Notes: a model not told the origin generated them from the letters alone. A stretch of DNA of 64,000 nt from Octopus sinensis (GCF_006345805.1 NC_042998.1:24552001-24616000), one strand, 5' to 3'. Shown: positions 1-13,117, numbered from the stretch's first letter. Numbers and translations are program-made.

Positions 1-43
1 TTCGTCAAGGATTCATCGATGTTATGTTACTGCCTGCAAATGT

Positions 44-452
44 TATATTATTGCCCACAAAGGGTTAAACATAGAGGGGACAAACAAGGACAGACAAACG
101 GATTAAGTCGATTACATCGACCCCAGTGCGTAACTGGTACTTAGTTTATCGACCCCGAAAGGATGAAAGGCAAAGTCGACCTCGGCGGAATTTGAACTCA
201 GAACGTAACGGCAGGCGAAATACCTATTTCTTTACTACCCACAAGGGGCTAAACACAGAAGGAACAAACAAGGACAGACAAACGGATTAAGTCGATTATA
301 TCGACCCCAGTGCGTAACAGGTACTTAATTTATCGACGCCGAAAGGATGAAAGGCAAAGTCGACCTCGGCGGAATTTGAACTCAGAACGTAGCGGCAGGC
401 GAAATACCGCTAAGCGTTTTGCCCAGCGTGCTAACGATTCTGCCAGCTCGCC
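44..452 (-). mobile_element. tRNA-derived SINE family A, head-to-tail dimer
   Basis: Minus strand starts GGCGAGCTGGCAGAATCGTTAGC (A-box-like) with GAGTTCAAATTCC (B-box-like), followed by GTCGACTTTGCCTTTCATCCTTTCGGGGTCGATAAA core; two units; >10 copies in window. Confidence 0.85.
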
Positions 453-1229
453 GCAGAAGGGTGGCGTCACCTCTCATATAAAAGGATTTTGCCAATGTGG
501 CATTAATTTTGGCAGGAAAAAGTAAAGTCAGACACTACTTTCTGAACGCATCTCGTACATTTCAGCTATAACAGTTCGTTTTATCTGAAAACCATAAACA
601 TTTGGTCGAATCTAAAGAATTACAAAGGGTTTCGTGCAAAGGGCAGATGTTAAATGAATACAATATCAAATTGTTTCAAAGGTTTCATGATGAAATATTA
701 AATTGTTGTGGGGAGCTGTCATTGAGAGTATAGTTCATAGTATCCAAAATCCGTATAGATATTTGATGTTCGTTAAATTACCATCATAACATGGCACATT
801 TGTTCAATTTCTTCAATTTCTTATGCATTTGGAATATAATCAATTTCCCGGCTAATGGTAGCATGTAAGAAAAATTGAACATCACCTCATTAACTCTTTA
901 AAATGACCTGGTATTAGATTTTCGTTAAATTTGATCATAATATGCAACTTACCTTCTAATTCTTCTAGTTCTTCCAAGTACTTACTGATTTTGGCTAAGA
1001 TAAACTGCATCAGTTAAATGATAGGTCTGGAACACATGTATATTCTGCCATTATATCTATTTTCGTCACAGTGATGATATTGTTAATTCAGTAGAAAGAT
1101 TCTAATATTTGAGAGCCAGTTATTTAAATTTTGAATGTTTGTTCTTTAAACTTTTACAGACCTATGTTAAGTCCTCTCTGTCCTTCCTCCACCTCTCTCT
1201 CTCTATATATATATGTATGTATATATATA

Positions 1230-1287
<58 letters not shown>

Positions 1288-1387
1288 TTTATACTCACGC
1301 GCATACAGACACGTGTATACACAGTGAGTGAGAGAGAGAGATGGAGGAGGTAAGACAAGTTAGAATTTACACACACATACACATATA

Positions 1388-1418
<31 letters not shown>

Positions 1419-1420
<2 letters not shown>

Positions 1421-1770
1421 TTCTTTACTACCCACAAGAGGCTAAACATAGAAGGAACAAACAAGGACAGACAAAGGGATTAAGTCGATTACATCGACCC
1501 AGTGCGAAACTGGTACTTTATTTATCGACCCCGAGAGGATGAAAGGCAAAGTCGACCTCGACGGAATTTGAACTCAGAACGTAATGACAGACGAAATACC
1601 TATTTCTTTACTACCCACAAGGGGCTAAACAGAGGGGACAAACAAGGACAGACAAACGTATTAAGTCGATTATATCGACCCCAGTGTGTAACTAGTACTT
1701 ATTTAATCGACCCCGAAATACCGCTAAGCATTTCGTCCGGCGCGCTAACGTTTCTGCCTGCTCCCTGCCT
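1419..1770 (-). mobile_element. SINE family A multimer within (TA)n
   Basis: Same sequence as 44-452, same internal junction GACGAAATACC|TATTTCTTTACTACCCAC; second unit internally deleted. Confidence 0.85.
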
Positions 1771-1771
1771 C

Positions 1772-1829
<58 letters not shown>

Positions 1830-1887
1830 ATATATATGTATGTATATATGTGCATATATGTATTATATATTATATATATATATATAT

Positions 1888-1979
<92 letters not shown>

Positions 1980-2254
1980 TATACCAGGTTGAGTCGAAGG
2001 TCATTTCGGATTTTCACTGATGATTTTTGGCAACTTCTACCACCATGTTATGAATAACCTAATACAACTTGTCCACTCATTGCTGGTTTCTTATTCTTTA
2101 TTTTCTTAATAACATATTGATGTTCATTGTTTGTTCTTTATCTTATAGCTTTGATAGTGAGTGGTAAAAAAAAAAAAATAGCGATGAGAGCCATTTTACG
2201 TTACCTGTGGGAAAAAAAGGATTGAATTTAATGGCAGCAGCAAAATAAACTTAG

Positions 2255-2383
2255 CATAAATAAACTTGTTTCGCGTTGGCAAAAGTGTGTTGATTTTGAT
2301 GATGTTTATTTCGATTAATAAAGTTTGTTTGAGCTGTATTTAAAGGTTAAAAACTGCAAGAACTTTCTTGACAAATTAATAAT
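2255..2383 (+). mobile_element. mariner transposon 3' remnant
   Basis: Translates KLVSRWQKCVDFDDVYFD* (mariner C-terminus pattern), followed by TIR-like GAACTTTCTTGACAAATTAATA. Confidence 0.6.
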
Positions 2384-2850
2384 ACACATGTCACAAACAT
2401 GATATACATGAAACTAATGATGTATGAAATTTACAATTAAATTTCACATATTGGTCAAAACAGCTGAGCATCAAAACAAAATTGGATGCTTAGTTTTCAC
2501 ATTTTACTCACAATATAAAATTATAGTACCAGTACTAGAGAAGTTGGTATGCCTCTAGGGACACCAGACTAAGGATTCTCTCAACGTTATAATGTCCTTG
2601 TTTGTTCATAAAATACTTTACAAAGTGTATAGGACACACTGGAAGGGATGACTGGCAAAATATAACATACAACCATACTAAATATAGCAAACAAGTACAA
2701 CACTTACTTCTAGTTTGACTATGCACTTTATGACAAGGAGAAGTGCCAACACTCTACATTATACAACGTAAAACGAGATAATAAAGTTACAGGATAAACT
2801 GATCAAATGTTTTCCCCTCATTTTACTTGTAGCATGGTACAGTGAATATA

Positions 2851-2896
<46 letters not shown>

Positions 2897-2898
<2 letters not shown>

Positions 2899-3130
2899 TC
2901 TCTTTTTACTCTTTTACTTGTTTCAGTCATTTGACTGTGGCCATGCTGGAGCACTGCCTTTAGTCAAGCAAATCGACCCCAGGACTTATTCTTTGGAAGC
3001 CTAGTACTTATTCTATCAGTCTCTTTTGCCAAACTGCTAGCTTACAGGGACGTAAACACACCAGCATCGGTTGTCAAGCGGTGTTGGAGGGACAAACACA
3101 GACACACAAACATATACACACACATGCATA
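2897..3130 (-). mobile_element. SINE family B, 3' half
   Basis: Matches 3' half of full copy at 10578-10985. Confidence 0.85.
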
Positions 3131-3307
3131 CATATATATATATATATATATCATATATATATATATATATATATATAAGTTCTGCAAAATTAGATTCAGA
3201 TGAATATGGTACTTAAGTCAAAGGCACCAGAATTTTGTATGGTATTATCCATATAAATCAAATGGGGTGATTATAATCAAAATAAGCAACAAGTATATCC
3301 AAGGTAG

Positions 3308-3395
3308 AGTAGTACAATTGTTTCATGTTACTTCATTTTATTAAACACTGTAAGTATTACATCAGTTTTAAAATGTCGAGCAATCTTCAGCCATT
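3308..3395 (-). ncRNA. type I hammerhead ribozyme (stem I degenerate)
   Basis: Minus: aatgg-CTGAAGA-[long stem II]-GAAA-caattg-TA-ctact; homolog of intact copy at 39963-40052. Confidence 0.6.
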
Positions 3396-4228
3396 ATAGA
3401 ATTTCCCAATCAAACGGACAATGCTCATTCTTATCCATATTTCATTTGCCAACATTATAAAGAGGGTAGATATATAGACAGAGAGGTTGATTTCATTCTT
3501 AAGAACATGATAGTAGCATATTCACTCTCTGACTGTAGATTTTATTATTGAGTTCACCTTGTTATTTAGATCTGTCAGTGGGGAGGGATTTTATTTTTGG
3601 TTGGATGGAGACAAAGAAGTTTTTCTATTTATAGATACAGGAAGGGGTAGTACAAATGTCAAAACCATAAACCCATTCCCATTTTGAGGAATTCAGTTTA
3701 GATATATTTAAATGTATTATAGCAAAAAGCTAGTAGGTTAAAGTTAGAGGGGTAGGGGGAACATAGACTACTAGTGCTCTAGAGGTTTTAATCTAAATCT
3801 TACCATTTGACATCCAGATTCTCTCTTAAGAAATTTAAGTAAATATCCTTTAGATAATCTTCTAAAGGATTTCAATAAAAATTAGTATATTATAGAAAAT
3901 ATAGAAATCAATTCATATTTATATAAATATATATATATATATATCCATTTCTATTAATATATAATCATAATTAGCTAGTAAATGGTAATTTATCTTATTA
4001 ATGAGTTGAATTAAAAGAAAATGTTAGACATAGTATTTACTAATTGTGGAAAAAACTTTAATAATTTAGCAAATATATCAGGAGTCTATAAGATATATTA
4101 AAAAGTAATGGAAGGGATGTAATCAAGATGAACCAAGTAATTTCTCTTGATATATAGAATTTTTTGCAATTATTTCATATTTATATAGATATATATATAT
4201 GTCCATTTCTATAAATATAGAATCATAA

Positions 4229-4587
4229 CTCCAAATGGACTCCAAATTTGCCATCAAGATGTAGGACAAGATATTGTGATAGCCTGGGCTTCAGAGGCCC
4301 ACGGCTCTTCAATATCCTCCCGAATAACCTGAGGGACCTGCATGGTGTAGATGCGGATGTCTTTAAAGTAGGACTGGATCTCTTCCTGTCAGGTGTCCCG
4401 GATGAACCAACTTCACGGCAGGAGGTGCAGATGCGGGCAGCTGCATCGAACTCTCTCATGCATCAGATGGCGTTTGCTAAAAAGCATCCGTGAGGTAAAA
4501 CCGTGTAGCAAACCAAATGGCGGTGCCCCAGCATGGCCACAGCTCATTAGCTGAAACTGGAAAGATCAAAATCAAAATCAAAATCAA
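4229..4587 (+). mobile_element. 5'-truncated non-LTR retrotransposon (CR1/L2-like ORF2 C-terminus plus 3' UTR)
   Basis: ORF 4248-4493 RGPRLFNILP..FKVGLDLFLSGVPDEP..AASNSL is typical of LINE ORF2 ends; (ATCAAA)n tail; TSD AATCATAA at 4221-4228 and 4588-4595. Confidence 0.85.
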
Positions 4588-4863
4588 AATCATAATTAGT
4601 TACTAAATGGTGATTTATTTTATTAAAGAGTCGAATTAAAAGAATATGTTAGACATAATATTTACTAACTATGGAGAAGAATTTTATCAACTTAGTAAAT
4701 ATACCAGGAGTTAATAAGATATATTAAACAGTAGTGGAAGGGAGGTAATCAAGATGAACTAAGTAATTTCCCTAGATATATAGAATTTTTTTTCCATTCT
4801 ATGTAGGAGAGTAGCAAAAAATTCTAATTTCATTATATTTAGATTTATATATAAAATGAAATT

Positions 4864-5020
4864 TCTTAGTAATCTATGCAGGTTAAATAAAAGCTAGTAT
4901 GGTATATTAATTTTTTATTTGGTTACAAAATATTAAGATTTCAAATCTTAATATTTTGTAACCAAATAAAAAATTAATATACCATACTAGCTTTTATTTA
5001 ACCTGCATAGATTACTAAGA
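4864..5020. repeat. perfect palindrome, 78-bp arms, 1-nt spacer
   Basis: 4864-4941 is the exact reverse complement of 4943-5020. Confidence 0.95.
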
Positions 5021-5559
5021 TCAGTTTTGACAAGGTTTTTTTACAGCTGGATGCTGTACAGAACAAAATACCACAATAAATATATATATATATATATACT
5101 CATAAATGAGGGTGAAAAATTAGATATTAATTTAATAATACCGTCAGTTTAACACCTAGTGGCCTAGCACATAAAAACCAGGGAGAAAGTACTTAACGTT
5201 AACTCTCTTATATTTACGTATATATAAATCTATATGTGTGGATTTTTTGCATGCATATACTTCCATATGGCTTACCCTAGAGGACACTCCCTCTATTGGT
5301 TGTCAGCCAGAAATGTCCACATTTTCCGTACTTTTAACAGTACTTTCAGTCGTCCAGCAGTGCTGAGCTGTACTGAAACAACCTGAAAAGTTCACTTGAA
5401 ATGCTTGATAGTATACTTTTGGTGTTAACCAAGCAGCCATCACACCAAACCAATGACAGTTGTAACCACATTGAGCATGCAGCAATTGTTGTGTTTTGCT
5501 CCTCGCAGAAGTTTGTTACTTTTACATGTCTATGCCTCTGCATCTCCTCACAATCACAT

Positions 5560-5640
5560 GAGTATATGCATATAATATAATATAATGTATATATATATAT
5601 ATATATTATATATATATATATAGTATATATATATATATAG

Positions 5641-5671
<31 letters not shown>

Positions 5672-5869
5672 TACATGTATGAGTATATATATATATGCAT
5701 ATATGTATATATATATGTATATATGTATATATATGTGTGTATGTATATTATATATATATGATGATAGATAGTTAATAGATAGTAGAAAGATAGATATATA
5801 CATACATAAATACATACACGTATAGTAAGCACATGTATATGTATATGTATGTATATATATGTGTGTATG

Positions 5870-5907
<38 letters not shown>

Positions 5908-6023
5908 TATATGATAGATAGATAGTTAATAGATAGTAGAAAGATAGATATATACATACATAAATACATACACGTATAGTAAGCACATGTATATGTATAT
6001 GTATGTATATATATGTGTGTATG

Positions 6024-6070
<47 letters not shown>

Positions 6071-6470
6071 GTATATATGTGTATATATATATATGTATTA
6101 TATATATATATGTATATATATATGTATATATGTATATATACATACACACACATACATATATATACATATATATATGTATATCATCATTATTAATGTCCAT
6201 GGTCAATGCTAGCATATATATATATATATAAACACACATATATATTTATATATGCATGCACATAAGTACATGTATGAATATATATTTATATATATAATAT
6301 ATATACATGTATGAGTATATATATATATGCATATATGTATATATATAATATATTATATTATATATATATATATATATACACACACACATATGCAGATATA
6401 TACCTACATATATGCATGCATATATAAACATGCATGCATATGTTTCCATAATAAGTGTGTATATATATAA
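5560..6470. repeat. compound (TA)n/(TATG)n microsatellite with ~150-bp tandem duplication
   Basis: GATAGTTAATAGATAGTAGAAAG...GTAAGCACATG occurs at ~5767 and ~5921. Confidence 0.9.
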
Positions 6471-7320
6471 AATATTGCCTTAAGTGAAAACTACTGAAAG
6501 TTTAAAATTTGGCTTTTAGAAGCTATTTGAGAGAAGACTATTTTTAAAAAAGAAAAAAATGAATAAATAAACAAACAAATGAAATAATATAAAATAATAT
6601 AAAAAATAAATGTAAAAAAATATTTCAACACAATCAGTAAGCACCAAAAGATTTCAGCAGAAAGAGTGATATTACCTATGCAGACATTCCTCAAAGGAAG
6701 ACTCTAATGAAACATTCTCTTTTTTCTTGTTTTATTTTAGCATTTGTTTTCCTTTCAAACTTTCATTTTTATTTGTTTTATTTTCCATTCGCATGAAATC
6801 GTTATTGGAGAAAATATTGATTGGACAAGACATTATATAGAATCTTCACTATCTCTTATCTAGGCATTTGTCTATAAAACCAAAATCAGGTTTTTGAAAT
6901 GTCTTGCTAATGGTTTTTTAATGGCTCATTAATCGCCAACAGTCCATTCCTTCAAATACTGAAAATAACTTTTTATCCCAATCTTACATACATTTTCTTC
7001 CAAGAAAATCAATTAGGAAACAATATATATAAGGTTTTTCAAAATAAGTTAATGTTGATATTAAAGTTTCTGCCAATATTCAGAAAAATGCAATTAATAT
7101 ATGAAATTCTGAATTTGGTTTATTTTGTTTTGCTTGTTCTTGTGCTATAATATTACTTTTAATCCCCTTTTGGAAGCAACATTATAACGATGTTTCTGGA
7201 GATCCTTAATGTTGGATTGATAAAGTCATATTCTGCAGTAACAAACCTCTCCCACATTTAACGAGCAGTCCAGTTCCATGCATTGTTTGTTATTATGTCA
7301 CTGTGTCTTATGTGAAGAAT

Positions 7321-7530
7321 CCTTTCTACTAAAGGCACAAGGCCTGAAATTTGGGAGAGGGGGATGGTCGATTACATCGACCCCAGTGCGTAACTGGTAC
7401 TTAATTTATCGACCCTGAAAAGATGAAAGGAAAAGTTGACCTCAGCGGAATTTGAACTCAGAACGTAACGATGAGGGAAATACGCCTAAGCATTTTGTCC
7501 GGCGTGCTTACGATTCTGCCAGCTTGCTGC
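7321..7530 (-). mobile_element. SINE family A, variant 3' tail
   Basis: Family A head and core; TSD CTTATGTGAAGAAT at 7307-7320 and 7531-7544. Confidence 0.85.
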
Positions 7531-7599
7531 CTTATGTGAAGAATAACTTTTCTATTGCTAGGCAGGTATGATGCCAAAGATTTTGTGGTAAGGTGGGTT

Positions 7600-8100
7600 A
7601 TCATCATCATCATCATCATTTAACATCCGTTTCCATGCTAGCTTGGGTGGGACAGTACCACAAGAGCCAGCCAGACCGAAGCCTGCACCAGACTTCTGTG
7701 ACTGTTTTGGCAGGATTTTTACAGCTGGATGCCCTTCCAAACACCAACCACTCAGCAGAGTGGACTTGGTGCTTTTTATGGGGGCACAAGCACAGGTGAG
7801 GTCAGTTTTGGCAAGGTTTTTACAGCTGGGTGCCCTTCCTAACACTAACCACTCAGCAGAGTGGACAGGGTGCTTTTATGTGTTACCTATACTGACAGGG
7901 TCACCAAGTACCTGCAAGACAAAAACTTTTAAGAGGGGAGGAGGCATTGGAGGAGGTGATGATGAAACGGTTATAATGAGAGAGATACAGGTGTCTTGCT
8001 GTAGATGAAGTTCAAGGTTACCTGGCCAGAGAGAGAGAATGATCAGGAATGAAGACAGAAACAGGTGTACTACCGCAAAGAAAATACACGGTTGCCTAAC
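7600..8100 (-). mobile_element. SINE/retroelement family C with (GAT)n tail
   Basis: (CAT)n-TTTAACATCCGTTTCCATGCTAGC...TACAGCTGGATGCCCTTCC motif shared with ~10 copies. Confidence 0.75.
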
Positions 8101-8414
8101 CTGATATAAGTGTAGTAATCGTTATACATTTCTCTGGTTCATTTAAATTGCCTGAAGCCAAGAAAATAAAACATTCTTATGAAATTAGCAATCACTGACA
8201 CTACTACTAATGACATACTTATGGTTACAGTACCCCATGGAGTACTTTTAAGGTACCACTTCAAAATAATGACAATGCCTATCAATTATGCAATATATAT
8301 GACTAAAATCAATAATTTGTTTCTCCTTATAAGTTTCCAAAAGTGGACTTAGCTATTAAGTGTTATATTTATTGCTCAGCAATGCATTTTATTTCTAGTG
8401 ATGGAATTTAAGAA

Positions 8415-8637
8415 TACGAGGTCTGATCAAAAAAGTATTGGGGCTGTTGCCAAGGTAACGGAACTAAAGTATGCAGAGTAAAGCCACTTGGCACAGATTG
8501 ACCTTGAACTCTGATGAGCACGAACAGTAAGTTATGACCTTCCTGCTCACTTCCATTGTTTATAGTAGTGCTTCAAAGTAAAGTGTTTAGAATGTGGTCA
8601 AACCACAGACGTTCCATCAGTGACCACGGCAGAGAAA

Positions 8638-8668
<31 letters not shown>

Positions 8669-9216
8669 TGTGAACATGGAAAGACACATGGTTTGAAGGC
8701 GTCGAGCTGGTGGAAACGTTAGCACACCGGGCGAAATGCTTAGTGGTATTTCGTCTGCCACTACCTTCTGAGTTCAAATTCTGCCGAGGTCGACTTTGCC
8801 TTTCATCCTTTCGGGGTCGATTGAATAAGTACCAGTTACGCACTGGGGTCGATATAATCAACTTAATCCGTTTGTCTGTCCTTGTTTGTTCTCTCTGTGT
8901 TTAGCCCCTTGTGGGTAGTAAAGAAATAGGAAAGAGACATGGCTTGAAGGTTATTATGGTCAAGAATCTTTTCAAAAATCAAATCTCTCTTGCAAGGATA
9001 AAGATTTCAAGACATTAAGGAAATCCAAGAGGATGCAGTTGCTCATTATCCCCAAAACAGGAGTTCCAGGAATGCTTCCACCAATGGGAGCAACACTGGA
9101 TAATGTGCATGGCTTCAGAAGGGGACTACTTCGAAGGAGATTAAATGCCAAAATGATATGTTTTGTAGTTTTCTTTTTATAGCACCAGTCCTGATACTTT
9201 TAGATCAGCTCTTGTA
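8415..9216 (+). mobile_element. internally deleted mariner element carrying a nested SINE A
   Basis: Imperfect TIRs TACGAGGTCTGATCAAAAAAGTAT / ATACTTTTAGATCAGCTCTTGTA; QEFQECFHQWEQHWIMCMASEGDYFEGD* near 9058-9144. Confidence 0.8.
8697..8929 (+). mobile_element. SINE family A monomer
   Basis: Full head to tail; flanking direct repeat GGAAAGA(C/G)ACATGG(T/C)TTGAAGG. Confidence 0.9.
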
Positions 9217-9639
9217 TTATATTTCGATTTTGGATTTAGTTTGCAAGATTCTTTATATGAGTTCGTGTGTTGAAGCATATTCTGTTGTGTCAGGGGAGAG
9301 TCATTTTCTTTTTGTGCCTACTACCCGTTGCTAGACATTTCCCCCCCTTTCACAAATTGGATTAAAATGTTGTCTCTGATTAGTAAAATCTTCTCTAACT
9401 TTGTTGCAAGCAAGTATTTGCTCTCTTGCGAATGTTGTTTGCCATTTGCAGTTGCCATTCTGGTGCTTCAAAAAAGAAAAAAAAAAGGGAAAAGAAAGAA
9501 AAAGAAAACAAAGTTTATGCCATGTAGACCAAATTTGAATTAAAAGCTGTTTAGCTAATTAATAAAGAATCATTAAGTTTTGTATAGACTCAAAAATCCA
9601 TTTGAAAGAAGGCGCCATATCTGAAATTTTAAAAACCAT

Positions 9640-9845
9640 AGTCTGTTGTCTGGGGAGAGTAATTTTCTTTTTGTGCCTTATAATATAACACACTCACCGG
9701 TAAAATTTCCACTTATTTCTTATTTTTATTTTCTTAGAATTTTCATTGCCTCTTGCAACCTTTTCAATATTGAAAAGGTTGCAAGATGAAATGAAAATTT
9801 TAGGAAAATAAAAATAAGAAATAAGTGGAAATTTTACCGGTGAGT
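9640..9845. mobile_element. Penelope-associated terminal repeat with foldback (palindrome 9692-9845)
   Basis: Same repeat at 9225-9320, 27213-27340 and 45085-45272 (the last abuts a Penelope RT fragment); palindrome centred on TCAATATTGA. Confidence 0.65.
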
Positions 9846-10577
9846 AAAATTGTAAAGTAGTTGCTCCATTATAAACTATTATTATCTCCACTATAACTAT
9901 GATTAATTACTACACCTGTCCTTGGTGGACAGGTGTAGTAATTAATGTCATCCACATCATCAGTTAACATCTGTTTTCTCTGATGGCATGGGTTGGACAG
10001 TTTGACAGGAGATGGCAAAGCCAGTAGCTGCACTATGTACCATGGTCTGTTAGAGTGTTGCATGGAATGCCTTGTGGTATTTGTCCTATCTCTCTAAGTT
10101 CAAATATTGCCAAAGTCAGTTTTACTATTCATCTCTTTGGGTACCTCAAAAGGACAAAAGACAAAGCTATCCTGGGAAGAATAACAAAAAAACCCCCACT
10201 AAAAAAACAAAAGCAAAAAAACCCCAGAGTAAAGGATCAGTATAATTCTCAGAGCATTGGATGAAATGCTTTGCAATATCTTCCAGTTTTGTGCTTTCTG
10301 AGTTAAAATAAATTTAGTTTCCTAAATACCATTAATCATTTAGGACCTATTTTTAATGAAACACATCTGTATATTTCAGATAATTTCAGATATATTCAAG
10401 ATATTCCAAGTGTCACTCCTGTGGTTAGATATCAGTACTAAGTTTTAAAATTTCATACCAGCCTACACAATTAATACAAATTATGAAAAGTAGGATTCAA
10501 ACAGGTGAGAGATGAAATAAATACCGAGTTGTATCTTGTTCCAAACTGCCAATGTTCTGAATTCAATGAAATACTGT

Positions 10578-10985
10578 AGGCGTAGGAGTGGCTGTGTGGC
10601 AAGTAGCTTGCTTACCAATCACATGGTTCCAGGTTCAGTCCCACTGTGTGGCATCTTAGGCAAGTGTCTTCTACTATAGCCTCAGGCCGACCAAAGCCTT
10701 GTGAGTGGATTTGATAGACAGAAACTGAAAGAAGCCCATCGTATATATGTATATATGTGTGTGTGTGTGTGTGTTTAATGTGTCTGTATTTGTCCCCCCA
10801 CCAACATTGCTTAACAGCTGATGCTGGTGTGTTTACGTTCCCATAACTTAGCAGTTTGGAAAAAGAGACCGATAGAATAAGTACTAGGCTTACAAAGAAT
10901 AAGTCCTGGGGTCGATTTACTCGACTAAAAGGTGGTGCTCCAGCATGCCCACAGTCAAATGACTGAAGCAAATAAAAGAGTTAAA
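10578..10985 (+). mobile_element. tRNA-derived SINE family B (CORE-like), full length
   Basis: GGCGTAGGAGTGGCTGTGTGG A-box-like, GGTTCAGTCCC B-box-like, CTTAGGCAAGTGTCTT CORE-like segment, internal (TA)/(TG)n, tail GGTGCTCCAGCATG..CAGTCAAATGACTGAA. Confidence 0.85.
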
Positions 10986-13117
10986 GAGAGAGAGAGAGAG
11001 TAATATTTAGCAATTCAGTTTCCATAATTTTTAGGGGTTTTCTTTTGTAACTTCAATATAATTTCTAACAATATAGGGTGTTTGAAATAATCGCCTAAAT
11101 TCATTTCATTTTTAAAAGAAGAAAACACAGTCTTGTAACTGAATAAAACCAACTGCTTTTCAGCTCTCAGAATTCGATAAAATGGAACTGGTAGTCTGTA
11201 GGCTTCTGTCAGCATCTAGAATTGTGTATTAATTCCTATTCATGATAATTTATACTTCATCATGAAGTTATTATAATTCTTCAATAATAGAGAATGTTTT
11301 TTTCTTCAAGTCAGTAGCAGATAGTGTAATTTGAGAACTTTAAAGTAAAACAAGTGTAAATAAAACTTTTTTGTTAAGAGTTCATGTTAAACTAATGGTT
11401 ACACTAGTTAGTATTAAAAAAATCCTTCAGTGTATGAACTCAGTAACCACAGAATTTAATACATAGAAAGCTATATTTTATAATTGAATTTTCAAAGAGT
11501 TCACTTGTAAAGTTGATAAAAAAAAAAAAACCCAGTTGATATTACATTTTTATCTAATGTTTTAATATAGATGGCTTCTGGCTCATATTTTACTTCTGAT
11601 TTTTATAATATCATGAATTTTTCCCCTATTGTGAATTAAATATTTATTTCTAAACTGCATGGTCTATAAGCAAGCTATTATTATTATAAAGTATATTTAA
11701 TATTCTTTAGAATTTACAACTTTTTTACTGTTAGCAACAAACTCCCTAGCTGATTTCAATTCTGACCTTTGAAGATCTTGTAATTTCTATTGAATTTTCA
11801 AGATATATTGCACTTGAGAAGTTCCTTGTTGTTTACTTCAGTCTGTATGGAAAATTTAAACCTTAGGCTGCAAAACTAATGAAACTCTTTGTTCAATATT
11901 CAGTGTTTCTATAGGGCCATTCAGAGTTAAATGTCTGACCAACGGAGCAATAATAACCTTTAACTCCACAGTTGGTGGGCCCTCATTCTATCACTTCGGA
12001 TACAAAAACACTTTCCTATTTATTCCAGTCATTTAATTACAAACAATTGTACAAACTACATCGTATACAAAATATTTTACAAAACATTCTCACAAACAAA
12101 TTACTATTCTAGAAAATAGTTTTCAAAACAAATTTCTATTTTCTTTTTCTTTTACAAAACAGTAATTAAAAATTATTATTTTATTGAATAACACTATTAT
12201 TTTTATAGTCTTAAAAATTTATTACTACTACTACTACTACTACTACTACTTACGGTAGAAATTAATGTGGCAATTGATTAGTTTTCATCATGAGGTAAAT
12301 CAACTTAATACCGCAGTAAAATTAGACAGGAAGTGCAGTTTCACAGTTGAGTCAATTCTAATGCTTCATAATAAAGCTACTATTACTCCTATTAGTATAA
12401 AATAATTCAATATAATATAGCAAGTGTGTATGTATATATATGTTTGTGTGTGTGTGCATGTGTATTTTTGTATGTGGGAAACAATATTTCTTTTAGACAT
12501 ATCAAAAACGGAATTTCCAATTTAATCATTCTTATGAAAATATTTTTGTATTTCTGTATATGATCGCTCAGTTCACTTAGTTCCAAGATGAAGTTCTTGA
12601 ATTCATTATTATTGATGTTGTCAAACTGTCTCTGTCTCATAATCTGGATATGATGTGTTGTTGGCTTATAAACTGCCACATACATAATGGGTGACTTTTA
12701 TTTATGCAGGCTTTACTGCCTGAACTTGACAGAATCCCACAGTATCAAGCATATATTTTGGCCTTTATAATTACATGTCATCATTCATAATTTATAAATT
12801 CACCTGTAAATCTATAAGTTGTAAACTTGATGAGTCTAACTGTTACATTAACCATATGAGCACAGCACTCCCTTATGCATAAACAATAAGGAGAAATTAC
12901 AATACTGCACATCGTAAACAAAACTAGACAGAAAAATGCTAATAGATAATACACCCACACAAGATAGAATTCCTCATAAAAAGAGAGGCTTGATTATGTA
13001 ATAAATGCACATATCAAAATGCAAAGATAAATTAAATGAACAATAAAATACAGATAATACAAACAGGACAAGCAGATGATTGATGATGCATAATACTAAT
13101 GGTTAAAATATTGGGTT

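Larger units (their letters stand above)
3180..5020 (-). mobile_element. AT-rich hammerhead-bearing element (Penelope-like/retrozyme-like), copy 1
   Basis: 3278-4040 homologous to 39932-40680; starts in (TA)n; hammerhead motif at 3308-3395; internal tandem duplication; ends in perfect palindrome 4864-5020. Confidence 0.55.

Noticed and set aside
5554-6449. YI/HT/CV-rich ORFs here and throughout
   Set aside because: Translations of (TA)n and (CA)n microsatellites
12407-12685. Protein-like minus-strand ORF
   Set aside because: No recognisable motif or convincing splice pair; ends in microsatellite
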